Shown here: positions 52,010 through 64,000 of the stretch, piece by piece
Layout of the letters: every line of letters starts with the position of its first letter
Position numbering within the stretch: the stretch's first letter is position 1
NCBI RefSeq assembly: GCF_006345805.1
Contig: NC_043011.1
Location: 2,480,001-2,544,000 of the forward strand
Length of the DNA stretch: 64,000 nt
Source: Octopus sinensis
Lineage: Eukaryota
Reading direction: 5' to 3'
Program-made: the position numbers and the translations under genes
Notes under the pieces: generated by a model
Seen by the model: the letters and a program-made list of their open reading frames with translations, nothing else
What the model was told of the DNA's origin: nothing
Database searches by the model: none

Positions 52010-52260
52010 ATTCTTTGCTTGTCAGACTGTGAAAATATTAGTTTCAAATTTTGGTACAAGGCCAGCAATTTCAGGGTAGGGATAAGTCAATTACACTAAC
52101 CTCAGTGTTCAACTGGTACTTATTTTATCGACTTAAAAAGAATGAAAGATTAAGTTGACCCTGGCAGCATTTGAATGCAGACCATTGAGTCAAAAGAAAT
52201 GATTCTAAGCATTTTTTCTGGTGCAGTAATTAATGATTCTGTCATCTCACCACCTTAAAG
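52010..52260 (-). mobile_element. SINE family B (diverged)
   Basis: ggtacaaggccagcaatt...actggtacttattttatcgac...gaatgaaagattaagttgacc. Confidence 0.7.
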
Positions 52261-52683
52261 ATTGTGAAAATATTGTTGAGACAGCCCATCCAACTTGAGC
52301 GACGATAGACACCTCATAATTTATATCTATCAACTGGCAAATAATTATCTATATACCTAGTGAAATACTCAGCCATTTGCAGTATAATATATTTGCATCT
52401 GTCTTGCATGTGAATACTCTCGGGGTTTTCTTGTTTCTTCTAAGTGGAATATTTTCCAACATAGAAACAAACCTCCTTCATTGGTTTCAAAGAACGTTAA
52501 TTAGTCAGTCACATATGCTGTCTGCATATACATATTCAGGCATGGAAGTATATGTGCATGCTAGTCATTGGATATGTGTTCTTACACAATGTATGTACAT
52601 CTATTCTTTCTGTGTGACTCAGTACCAACTGATCTGTGGCCTGGAACCCCTACTACAGACAACTAAAAATCTGCTATTACTAT

Positions 52684-52863
52684 TTTACTATTTTACTTGT
52701 TTCAGTCATTTGACTGCGGCCATGCTGGAGCACCGCCTTTAGTCGAGCAAATCGACCCGGGACTTATTCTTTGTAAGCCCAGTACTTATCCTATTGGTCT
52801 CTTTTGCCAAACCGCTAAGTGATGGGGACGTAAACACACCAGCATCGTGGTCAAGCAATGCTA
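52684..52863 (-). mobile_element. SINE family A (5'-truncated)
   Basis: Only the tail half is present. Confidence 0.85.
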
Positions 52864-53442
52864 TTGTGCACATTTTTCATTATCTGTTCTAAAGAATTAG
52901 ATTTGGTTTGTTGTGTTCATATTCATTAAAGTTTTGAAAGCAACCTTTCCATCATCCTCTGTTCTTCTTGGATTTTTATGGACTAGTCAGAGGAGGAAAG
53001 GCAAACCTGAAACTAAAAGCAGAACCTCCAAGAATAGGGGGAATGGAGGGGAGATGTTATCCTCAGACTGGAGATTTAGCCCAAAACTTACCTCAAAATG
53101 AACTCTGTTTAAATTACCCTAGAGACCAGGTGGAGGTGCTAAACTGAGTGACAAATGAAATCAAGTACTCAAGAACAGGAATGTGGTACCTCCACATAGT
53201 TTCTGTTTACTAAATTTCATTCACAAGATTTTGGCCAAGAAAGACCAAGATGGAAGCAAATTTATTACCAACACAACCATGGCTACTTTTAAATGGTGAG
53301 TGAGTATTTATTACACACTCCTGGCATCTTATACACTTAGGTTGATTTTCTGTATTTTATGGTGTTTTAACCACTCGAACATGATGGGATTTTGATAAAT
53401 ACAGTGTATATAAGTAAGAAAAAGCTTGTGTATATATTCTTG

Positions 53443-53813
53443 AAGCACTCCATCAGTTACGACGATGAGGGTTCCGGTTGATCCAATCAACGGAACAACC
53501 TGCTTGTGAAATTAACGTGTAAGTGGCTGAGCACTCCACAGACATGTGTACCCTTAACATAGTTCTCGGGGATATTCAGCGTGACACAGAGAGTGACAAG
53601 GCCGGCCCCTTGAAATACAGGTACAACAGAAACAGGAAGTAAGAGTGAGAGAAAGTTGTGGTGAAAGAGTACAGCAGGGATCACCACCATCCCCTGGCAG
53701 AGCCTCGTGGAGCTTTTAGGTGTTTTCGCTCAATAAACACTCACAACGCCCGGTCTGGAAAGCGAAACCGTGATCCTACGACCGCGAGTCCGCTGCCCTA
53801 ACCACTGGGCCAT
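53443..53813 (-). mobile_element. SINE family C with a different 3' tail from the 20038 copy
   Basis: Head atggcccagtggttagggcagcggactcgcggtcgtaggatc; tail ends ...gtaactgatggagtgc. Confidence 0.85.
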
Positions 53814-54599
53814 ACTATGTATATATTAGTGAGTAGATGGACTTCATTGTCCTCCTCACTGTCATTGTTATCAACTTCCTCCTCCTCCTCGTTATCATCT
53901 CCATCATCATACATGCATACACACACACACACATTACTGTACATTATGTCAGTTTATTTAGTAGTTGGGAAATAGAACCAAATCATCTGGCAATATTTTC
54001 CAGCATTCTGTCCAACTGTAGATATATCTTTTTCCTCTTCTTCATGATATGATACAGAGTTAAGTCTACTGAAGCCTAGGAGACTTCTATATCTTTACAT
54101 TATTCTATCAGTGATAGATGAATAAGTCAGATGAGAACTAAATACCTTGTCCGTGGGCATCTTGCAATGTCAGTGACTATTTACAAACCACTAAACATTT
54201 GACAGGATTTACAGCAATCTATCAATTCAGAAACACCAGTTCTTAAGCTACTTTATTCTATCTGATAAATAGTCAATGTACTGCAAAATCTGTTTGTTTT
54301 TTTTTTACCAATTTTCTCACTGCATTGCTTGAAATATCAAAATGGCTTTAATTCTTTATAATTATTGCTGAACATATCAGAATGTCTTTGAGGCACTTTC
54401 AGAAGAATTTATTCATAGTCAATTTTGTTGAAGTGATGGTAAAGTTTGCTTGAATAGACATATGAACATACACCCATGTTCATATTAAATACACAGACTG
54501 CATTATAGATCATTGTAATATGGTGACGACATATTTGAAAATGAAAAATTCTTTACTTGTGACTATGTAAATAGAGTGTTAGTACATATGTACTCACCA

Positions 54600-56008
54600 A
54601 AGGGTTATTTGCAGCAGACTTAGCTTTTGTGGACTTGGAGAAAGCCCGTGACAGGGTCCCCCAATCCACTATCTGGTGGGCAATGCAGAAACTGGAGATT
54701 GACGAATGGTTAATAAGGGCTTTACAGGCCCTATACAGAGAGGCCATTAGTAAGGTTAGGATTGGCAATGAGTATAGTGAAGAATTCCGGGTAGAAGTAG
54801 GCGTCCACCAAGGTTCAGCCCTCAGTCCCCTTTTATTCATCACAGGCATCCAGGCAATAACAGAGGAATTCAAGACAGGTTGCCCCTAGGAGCTCCTCTA
54901 TGCTGATGACCTGGCCCTCATAGTAGAATCACTAATGGAACTAGAAAAGAAATTTCAGGTGTGGAAGCTAGGTTTAGAATCAAAAGGCCTTAGAGTCAAT
55001 GTAGCAAAGACCAAAGTTCTAGTAAGTAGGACGGCGAACTCATCACACACACTCTCAGGTAGGTGGCCCTGCTCAATCTGTAGAAAATGTGTAGGTAGAA
55101 ACTCCATAAGATGTACCCAGTGTAAACTATGGATGCATAAGAGGTGCAGCAACATCAAAGGGAAATTAACCGAGAAGATAGCTTTCATGTGTGGCAGATG
55201 CACAGGGGCAATAGACACCACAGATACTCAGAAAACAGATTCCATCACACTCCAAGGGAAGAAACTAGAAGTAATTGATAGCTTCTGCTACCTAGGTGAC
55301 CAAGTTAGTTGTCAGGGGTGGATGCTCAGAGAGTGTTACCACTAGAATAAGAATAGCCTAGGCAAAGTTTAGAAAGCTTCTACCCCTACTGGTGACAAAG
55401 GGTCTCTCACTCAAAGTGAAACATAGATTGTATGACGCATGTGTGCGAACTGCCATGTTTTGGGCTGTGACTGTAGAGGACATGCATAGGCTCGAAAGAA
55501 ATGAAGCTAGCATGATCCACTGGATGTGTAATGTCAGTGTGCACACATGTCAGTGTAAGCACCCTGAGAGAAATGTTGGATATAAGAAGCATTGGATGTG
55601 GCATGAAAGAGAGACGTCTGTGTTGGTATGGTCATGTACTATGGATGGATGAGAAGAGATGTGTGAAGAAGTGCCACTCCCAAACAGTTGAAGGTATCTG
55701 GGGTAGAGGTAGACCCAGGAAGACATGGAATGAGATGGTCAAGCATGATCTTTGAATGTTGGGCCTCACAGAAGCAATGATAAAAGACCAAGACCTCTGG
55801 AGATATGCTGTGACTGCGAAGATCCAACAAATAAAGTGAGTTCATGTCTGTATCCTACACCAGCTTCACACAACCAGTCCCAGCCCATTCAAAGTACCTT
55901 GGATCGCAGGACGGCCTGCTGTGCTTACCTTGGATCATGGGGCAACTTGCTGTGCTTGAGGAGACCTATTGAGTCAAGTACATCAACACCAAAATGATGA
56001 TGATGATG
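54600..56008 (+). mobile_element. RTE LINE 3' half (RT, PHD-like finger, C-terminus, 3'UTR, (GAT)n tail)
   Basis: FVDLEKARDRVP, VGVHQGSALSPLLF, ELLYADDL, DSFCYLGD, RLCWYGHV, GRGRPRKTW; tail atgatgatgatg. Confidence 0.92.
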
Positions 56009-56959
56009 TTGTTGAAGGAGTTTAATAAAAATTGGTGCAAGTTCTATCACAAAGATGCACTGGTGTCATAGGAAATTCATTCTAAGTGAAGTTGATTCAG
56101 TTCACCAAATTGTAAATTGATACTAAGTGTACATACATTTACACCACTTACTATGTAGAGAACCTTCAATAATTAGCAAGTTAATGTACAATGTCATGAG
56201 TGCCTTAAGAGCTATTGAAGAACTACTAAATAATTTTGCTGTTCTTTATTTCACTAACTGAATCTAGACTTCCTTCATTATCTTGGTGCACTTGAAACTA
56301 TTTAGGAATAAATTGCTCACTTGGGAATAATTATTTTCTACCATCTATATACATGCTTCACTAGTTCAGAATAGTATCAATTAAACATCACTGGTCTTCT
56401 TGATTAAAATTATGGATTGTAAATCCATTTGTGCAATGAAACACGAGGGATTTCACATTCTCAGTTTACACTTTGACCTTAGCTTCCATACTTACAAAAT
56501 TGGTATATTACTTAACAAGACCTTTACACCTCTTTGTCATCAAATGATTTGTGGTATCAACTAAACTGTTGTCTCTCTTTACCAATTCATTTTACTTAGT
56601 GCTAAGGATATATTCATTCTTAATTCCATCTATGAAGATTGCTGTATCACAGTAAATTCACTATTAGTTTACTTAGCTATGGTGGGAATAGAATGAGTGA
56701 AAAAATGGACTATGATATAAATGTTTCCATCATGATGCACATCAATATGTGAAATTGATCTCAAGTGAGCAAGTTAATGGAACTAATAATAAAACGATTT
56801 GTCAGATAACAGCATCAACAATGCAGTATAAATGCCTACAACATGAAACAACATGCTGTCACACATCTGTCGCATTAAAAATTGTCTGTGATTTGTATTT
56901 CATGCAAGGTTGGAAACCAATAGCATGTATTGTGAAGAAACCCTAAATAATTATATCTA

Positions 56960-58900
56960 AATATCAAAACAATTTTTTTTACTTACGTTGTAGACTAGAA
57001 TTTAAAAGATACATTTTTCTAGATCTACCATGAGCAGATTTGAGGATAATACTATTCCAAGCAGAAGCTTATCACTGAGATTCCTCTTCTGCTTTAACCA
57101 TAGGTACTTGTAAGTTCAATTTTGGTTCTTTTCTATATTCAAAGTCAGCATTCGCCACTGTTGTTGGTAATCATGAGTGACAAACTAAATGAGAAAGGAT
57201 TTTCCTCATTTTGCAAACAAGATTCCCAAGAATTTTCCCTCATCAGATAACCCAAACCAATTTTAAAAAGTTCAGTAAACTGCACGAATTTTTAAAGAAG
57301 ATTTTCTTCTATGTATGCTTTGATAATATTTAATTACTTGATACTGATGATACTGATGAGTTTATGAGAAACTTTATGAAGTTTGATAGGGCAATCAGGA
57401 AACAGTCATTAATAGAAAAAAATGTTCAGTTTTTTAAGCATATGAGAATGTGTTCAAAATTCAACAAGTAAATCCAGAGTGCTGAAACCATTGAAATCAC
57501 TATAATCATGATATTGCATCAAGTTAGTTGTTGAAAGCTTGCTTACCAACCACATGGTTTCGGGTTCAATCCCACTGCGTGGCATCATGGGCAAGTGTCT
57601 TCTACTATAGCCTCGGGCCGACCAAAGCCTTGTGAGTGGATTTGGTAGATGGAAACTGAAAGAAGCCCCTCGTATATATGTATATATATATATATATGCG
57701 TGTGTGTGTTTGTGTGTCTGTGTTTGTCCCCCTAGCATTGCTTGACAACCGATGCTGGTGTGTTTATGTCCCCATCACTCAGCGGCAAAAGAGACCGATA
57801 GAATAAGTACTGGGCTTACAAAAGAATAAGTCCGGGGTCGATTTGCTCGACTAAAGGCGGTGCTCCAGCATGGCCGCAGTCAAATGACTGAAACAAGTAA
57901 AAGAGTAAAGAGAGAGTATACTCCAATTCTAATCCTTATGCCCAGAGTCTGGAAAACATGCCCTATAGTTTTAAAACATTCTTAAAAGGATTAATTGAAT
58001 GCAGAAACTGTTTTTGAGTCTTGGCCACAAGATTGTAAAGAAACTCTGCTTGTTTCAAAAGGTAATTTTTTATCAATATAACCATTTTTTCTGTTTCCAA
58101 ATTCACCATTGTTGAAAGTAGTCCACACATTTGTAGTCAACGCTTTCTCTTTTGATCAGTGTCATTTGAAACATCATCCAAAATTTATTGTAGCACAGTT
58201 GTGTAAAAGGCCCTTGTTGCTTCTGCAAAAGTGACCAACTAACATCTGGCATTCTTTCACAACTGGTAAACGAGTACCACTATAAGGTAATGCAACAGTA
58301 GTCCTACCAATAGGTAGAAGCAGAAAAAAAGCTGTACAGATTTGTACAAATTCAAAGAAAATTAAGGCTTTTCTGATAAAATTTTTGCAGCACATTTTCC
58401 AACCAAATTTAGACAAGATGCAAAAAGTGGAATGTAATCTGCAAACTCATTCAGTTCAAGCTTATAAACTGTCATTCATGCTACTGGTATTGTTGTAACT
58501 TTGCCCGTGGCAGTCTTTTATCGTATTGAAATGTTACCTTTAAAAAGTTAACTAAATATTGAGCAAGCAATTCAGAACCATGGATATATTCTAAGACTTC
58601 ACAAATCATTCAGTTTGTCAAAATTACAAGAACACAGTACACTGTTGAAGTGATCTGGTCCACATTAAATGTAGTGAGAGTAGAATCCTTAGAGAGAAAA
58701 TAATTCTGGTATTTCTTCATTTCATAAATCCAATATGCTGAGTACAATTGAATTGATAAATTCCTTACAAACTGATATAGATAAGTAGGAATTATAGCTC
58801 CAATATTTGTTTGCATGAGTATTTTAAATATTTTGTCAGAAGAGGGTCAAACTTGGTTGGTAATTCTCCTCCTTAAATTAATATTGTCTTTAATGGGAAA
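56960..58900 (-). mobile_element. Highly decayed hAT transposase remnant (hATC-like), interrupted by a SINE
   Basis: LPTTVANA...LTSTYG.SRR resembles LP.T.A..ERSFS.L..IK..LRSTM...RL; upstream homology is weak. Confidence 0.45.
57537..57918 (+). mobile_element. SINE family A (head slightly truncated)
   Basis: As above. Confidence 0.9.
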
Positions 58901-59710
58901 GTCAACAATTTAACATTTGATTTTCTCCACCAAAATGAAATTAAAGATTCTTTTATGTGAAATATTTTCTTAATGTCTACTCAATAGATTGCTTACATCT
59001 TTCTGGTAATTCAATTCTTGGAATCATAAACTTGCAAGGAAAGCGGAATGGGCCTCATTTGCTTTCTGAGAAATTTTACAATTGCTTAACATTTAAATTA
59101 TTTTTGGAAACATCGACTTGTCAGATGTATATTCAAATGGACGGTTGAAATATTATTATCACTAGAACACTAACAATGTACATACTTGAAGGATTAATGT
59201 ATTCAGCTCAGCCAGCTTAGAGTGGGAAGGGAGAGAAATCAAAATGAATACAAGGGTCTTATTATTTATCCTTTAACTTAAAGCTATTTACCTTATAGCT
59301 GACATGGTTGAGTGATTTAGAAGTGCAGACCTGGAGGATGAAGGCACAGACATGATAAATTAAGGTAGTGTTCTCTTCTTAACCATGCATTCCACCCTTA
59401 TGAAAACCTAAGGGATATACCTCTCAGAGATATAGAAATGTAGGATATGCGTGAACAGCAATCTGAAGTGGAATGACCTTCGTTAATAAAATTCTAATAA
59501 CTGCCAGCACTTTTGTTATAAAAAAAATAATCTCCAGTTTCTGCTTTCAAATTCATGCTAACAACTTTTAAAGCAAATGTTTGAAGACAAAAATTAGCCG
59601 GCAAGTGAATTTGAATGGATGAGCACTTTCTTCAGGAATTCTGATTTTGTTTCAAACTGGACCTAAAAACAGATGCAAATACAACCATTACATGAGTTCA
59701 CTAATATATA

Positions 59711-59987
59711 TTTCTTTACTGCCCACAAGGGGCTAAACACAGAGGGGACAAACAAGGACAGACAATGGGATTAAGTCGATTACATCGACCCCAGTGCGAA
59801 AGTGGTACTTTATTTATCGACCCCGAAAGGATGAAAGGCAAAGTTGACCTCAGCGGAATTTGAACTCAGAACGTAACGGCAGACGAAATACCGCTAAGCA
59901 TTTTGCCCGGTGCGCTAACGTTTCTGCCAGCTCGCCGCCTTTCGTAAAAGTATGATGCTCTACCGACTGAGCTATGTGGGCCGCTAC
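59711..59987 (-). mobile_element. Chimeric retrocopy: 5' tRNA-Lys(UUU) half plus full SINE family B, in an 18-bp TSD
   Basis: TSD tgagttcactaatatata at 59693-59710 and 59988-60005. Confidence 0.85.
59945..59981 (-). pseudogene. 5' half (nt 1-37) of a tRNA-Lys(UUU)-like sequence
   Basis: GCCCACATAGCTCAGTCGGTAGAGCATCATACTTTTA: intact D arm (GCTC/GAGC) and anticodon TTT; 34/37 identical to the canonical metazoan tRNA-Lys(UUU) as recalled; no 3' half. Confidence 0.85.
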
Positions 59988-60780
59988 TGAGTTCACTAAT
60001 ATATAGCAGTGTTACTTAAGCAATTAAGCTGTACAGTTAAATATTCTCTCCTGATTCATAACCCTCATATAATATAAATTTGTTTTTGTGCTTTAATGTT
60101 GAAAATCTAACTACATTAATTGAAAATTGTTATTTATGCAATATTTTTTTCACAACATCATACGACTAAAGTAGAAACCGTTCAAAATAAAACGTTTTTT
60201 TGCCTATTTAAAAGTCCTGATTTGATTTTATGGCTATAATTAGCATTATGGTGTCTGTAATATTAGTTATAATCTAATCTTAATATCCTGATCTTAATTA
60301 TGAGAAAAATAATTATCAAACTCAATTATTGTGTGATGAGTTTAATGTATTGAAACAAAGAAATAGAATGGCAAGTCTGTTAATTAGCATCCAACAAGCC
60401 TATTAATTAGCAACCAACAAAAATTAAATAAGCCCAATGAATGTTGTCATTCCAGTTGCAATGATTATTGTAATTATTTAACTGAAAGTGTGATAGATCT
60501 GAGAATTATTCCAAGTATTGGATCAACCTTAAATACCTATTCATCCATAGAGCATGTGCAAAATCACTGAATCAGAAATACTATTTTACAAGCATATGGC
60601 CCTTGAAAATACAAAGTGAACAACAAATGTTATTCTTTCTCCCAGGTTAGTCTGGCCCTGAATGCAAGGTCATCAGAAAAGTTGATACTTCTACGAAATT
60701 TAAGTTCTTTTTAAAATTTTTTTTTCTTTTGTCAGATAATTAAAATATAGGTTTAAAGTGTTTTCCGATATATATATATG

Positions 60781-61230
60781 TGATACCAGTCCCGGTGGTA
60801 CGTAAGAGAACCATGTGAATGTGGCCATTGCGAGCGCCGCCCTGACTGGCCTCGTGCCGGAGGCACGTAAAAAGCACCATCCGATCGTGGCCATTGCCAG
60901 CCTCGCCTGGCCCCCTTGCTGGTGGCACGTAAAAAGCACCATTCGATCGTAGCCATTTGCCAGCCTCTCCTGGCCCCCGTGCTGGTGGCACATAAAAAGC
61001 ACCATCCGATCGTGGCAAATTGCTAGCCTCGTCTGGCACCTGTGCCGGTGGCACGTAAAAAGCCCCCACTACACTCACGGAGTGGTTGGCGTTAGAAAGG
61101 GCATCCAGCCATAGAAACATTGCCAGATCAGACTGGGCCTGGTGCAGCCTCCTGGTTTCCCAGACCCCAGTTGAACCGTCCAACCCATGCTAGCATGGAA
61201 AGCGAACGCTAAACGATGATGATGATGATG
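60781..61230 (+). mobile_element. RTE-LINE 3'UTR fragment with 4-5 tandem ~60-bp units and (GAT)n tail
   Basis: Repeated ggcacgtaaaaagcaccat.cgatcgt.gcca units; tail ctaaacgatgatgatgatgat. Confidence 0.8.
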
Positions 61231-62880
61231 TATGTATGTGTGTGAGTGTGTGTGTGTGTGTGTGTGTATTTGTGTGCATGTAAGCAGCTGTATATGCTTA
61301 AAACAAAACTTTTATTAAGTAAAGAATTTCTAAACCTCTTATTATACAGAAAATAGTTGTATCGCAACACTATTTCTCTTGGACCTCATATAAACACATA
61401 AGATGATGTTTGAAGCATTCTTTCAGTTTTCTGCTGTAAACTTTCATCTTCACTAAAAACCAAACTAAATGCTCTTGATTTCATGTTTGGTTTTCCTTTT
61501 CAGATTTTGATTGAAAATATTTTTCTTGAGTGTGTGTGTTGTTGTTTATGCATGAACTTGTAATTCACTCACACATATTTCGATTTTTTTGATCAATTTT
61601 GTATTTTCATAAGATCTCTTTACTGTTTCTTTGAGAGCTGTGCTATTCATTACACCTGACAGCTTTAGGTAGGGATTAGGTCGCTATTCAATCTTTTATT
61701 CTAAGTAGACCTAATAGACTTTCTGTAAGAAACATAGACAAAACATCCAACAGATGCATTCTATGTTTCCTCAGAGACTTCTGAAGTTTTAGATGTTTTT
61801 CACTTTATTTTCGTAATATTTTACTATTTGCTTTCTTTCTTCTAAAAAATACAGAAAAAGTAACAGAAAATGAAAGCTTTTTTTTCTTTTTTGGTAATAA
61901 ATCAATCTTAAATTGATAGATTGGCCACTGCCTCCATTTGAAAGTATCAAGTTCAGCCTGACTATCAACTTACCTAAGACAAATGAGAGCGAAATCTCAT
62001 TATGACAGAACTAACAGTAACAGTAGTTTTGTTAGCTTCACTGTTATTGAAGTAAATTGATGAACATCAATCTTTTGAAGTATACTGAACAGGATTATAT
62101 CCGAACAAGAAACAGCCTTTGAATCGAGTAAAAGAAAATATTTAATTTAAGATAATAGGACACATTGCTAGAATTATGTTTTTTAAATTGTATTACTACA
62201 TGAGTAGGATGAAATCTCTGGAATAAGAAGTGGTGAGGTTCATTCAAGTTTGTTAAATTACTATGAATGTCAGGGGAAAATGAATACTAGAGAAAACATT
62301 CTGCAGTACACAACATACATAATTTCTTACCAGATTTTGTGTTCAATTCTTAATAGTGTTGTTGACTTGAAATTTCGTTCCTTCTCATTTGGTGTAATAA
62401 ATGCTGGTAATATATTCAGGTTGATTCAAATAACTAGGTTTGTACTCAGGTCAAACCTCCAAAATGAAATCAATATTAAGCCTAAGACATTCAAGCTAGA
62501 GCTTCAGAAATTATGACACAAAAAAATTGCATAAAAGCATAGAAGTGGGGCGTAAGCATTAAATTGTCATGAAGTAGAATAACCAGAAATATATGGAAAG
62601 GCACATTCCATTATAAATGTAGTAGAAACAGTTAAAGGAAATGTAATGAAGAACTTCAATGCCAAAGAATGATTATGAATCAACTGGATGAATTTCTTCT
62701 AAATTTGTTATAAAAAAAACATTGCCTGCCATACTATATATGGAATTTAAAAGCAGGAAATGTAGTGGAACATATATGGAGCAAACTGCACATTTTGTTT
62801 CATGTCCCTTGTTGCATCTTCAATAATGGTGAAGTTATAAAATTCTTTAGCTATTATTAAACAGAAATTTTTGTGTCTTT

Positions 62881-63279
62881 TACTCTACTCTCTTTTACTT
62901 GTTTCAGTCATTTTACTGTGGCCATGCTGGAGCACCGCCTTTAGTCGAGCAAATCGACCCCAGGACTTATTCTTTGTAAGCCCAGTACTTATTCTATTGA
63001 TCTCTTTTGCCGAACTGCTAAGTTACGGGGACGTAAACACACCTGCATCAGTTGTCAAGCGATGTTGGAGGGACAAACACAGACACACAAACACACACAC
63101 ACATATATATACATATATACGACGGGCTTCTTTCAGTTTCCGTCTACCAAATCCACTCACAAGGCTTTGATCAGCCCGAAGCTATAGTAGAAGACACTTG
63201 CCCAAGGTGGCACGCAGTGGGACTGAACCCGGAACCATGTGGTTGGTAAGCAAGCTACTTACCACAAAGCCACTCGCGC
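62881..63279 (-). mobile_element. SINE family A (full length)
   Basis: As above. Confidence 0.9.
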
Positions 63280-63806
63280 ATAAAAAATAATTTAATTGAA
63301 ACCAAAATGTACCACAGGGCAGCCAACCACTTTCTCATTCTGGCTGCATTAAAGAAATGTGGGATAAATTTATTGCTAGATAAGAATTGAGATTATCATC
63401 AGTAGATTTCTCAATGAATTTAATGAATCACAGCAACCAAGGTACTATTCTGTGACTATTGAGTTCATTTGTGATTTAAATCTCTAAACTGTAATAACTC
63501 AGAGTTAAGTGGATTTACCAAGTGAGAGAAAAGTGTTTTACCAGTGACAAGATGCTGGCCAACCATCCTCAGCTGGTTGTTCAGTCCCATATTCACACAA
63601 ATTTCAAGTGTAACATACAGATCATTTTTTAATGAAAGAATTCTTTTGAATTCTGGTACTGCTAAAATTTTTAAAACAATAACTTTTTCCTTTGTGTATC
63701 ACTCAATTTCACCAAACATAGTTGTTAATACTAGTGGAAGCAATTAAGTTTGTCATTAGAAGAGATGGTTTCCAGGTGGAAATTGTGATATTGGTATTAA
63801 ACAATA

Positions 63807-64000
63807 CGTGGTGGTATCAAAAGGTTCCCAAACTAGTTTTGTTTAATAAAAGATAACTTAGAAAATTACTATTTTAAAATCTCACAATGTGAGATACTCA
63901 GCAACAGTACTTTGTAGTAAAGATTATTTACCAACATAACCTGACAGTCCCGGTCTAGGACGAATGTTGCTGTAATTTATCCCCAAGAGACATCGTCTCC
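63807..64000 (-). mobile_element. Mariner terminus (same family as 7928), running off the window
   Basis: TA|cgtggtggtatcaaaaggttcccaaactagttttgtttaataaaaga matches the 7928 end. Confidence 0.75.

Noticed and set aside
53092-53143. Minus-strand 52-nt segment with good acceptor and GAG|gtaagt donor
   Set aside because: Stops in all three frames; at best a non-coding exon and unsupported
60781-61080. Regularly spaced repeats as a CRISPR-like array
   Set aside because: The whole ~60-bp unit repeats with no unique spacers; it lies in a eukaryotic retroelement 3'UTR with no cas genes
63542-63658. Possible 117-nt symmetric minus-strand exon (VPEFKRILSLKNDLYVTLEICVNMGLNNQLRMVGQHLVT)
   Set aside because: Weak pyrimidine tract and donor, no recognisable homology and no partner exons

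Overview
AT-rich, microsatellite-dense animal genomic DNA with no recognisable host protein-coding gene. It is most likely intergenic or intronic sequence from an octopus/coleoid cephalopod, inferred from recalled SINE/RTE families, not from a search. About half the window is fossil mobile DNA: about 12 copies of one tRNA-derived SINE, about 7 of a second, 2 of a third, RTE and CR1/L2 LINE pieces, Penelope-like (PLE) RT/GIY-YIG fragments, three decayed hAT transposons, mariner/maT fragments, MITEs (Merlin-like, piggyBac-like, mariner-like, (TA)n-flanked), Helitron pieces and a Gypsy-like solo LTR. Nearly all tracked ORFs are TE remnants or microsatellite artefacts. Two signals stand out. (1) A set of minimal type I hammerhead-ribozyme-like motifs with variant cores (C4; U3:A8; U6) and palindromic helix-III loops, mostly a short distance 5' of a (TA)n tract, including tail-to-tail pairs on shared (TA)n tracts. 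(2) A chimeric retrocopy made of a 5' tRNA-Lys(UUU) half fused to a SINE inside one perfect 18-bp TSD. All element boundaries were read by eye and are approximate unless a TSD or TIR is quoted.
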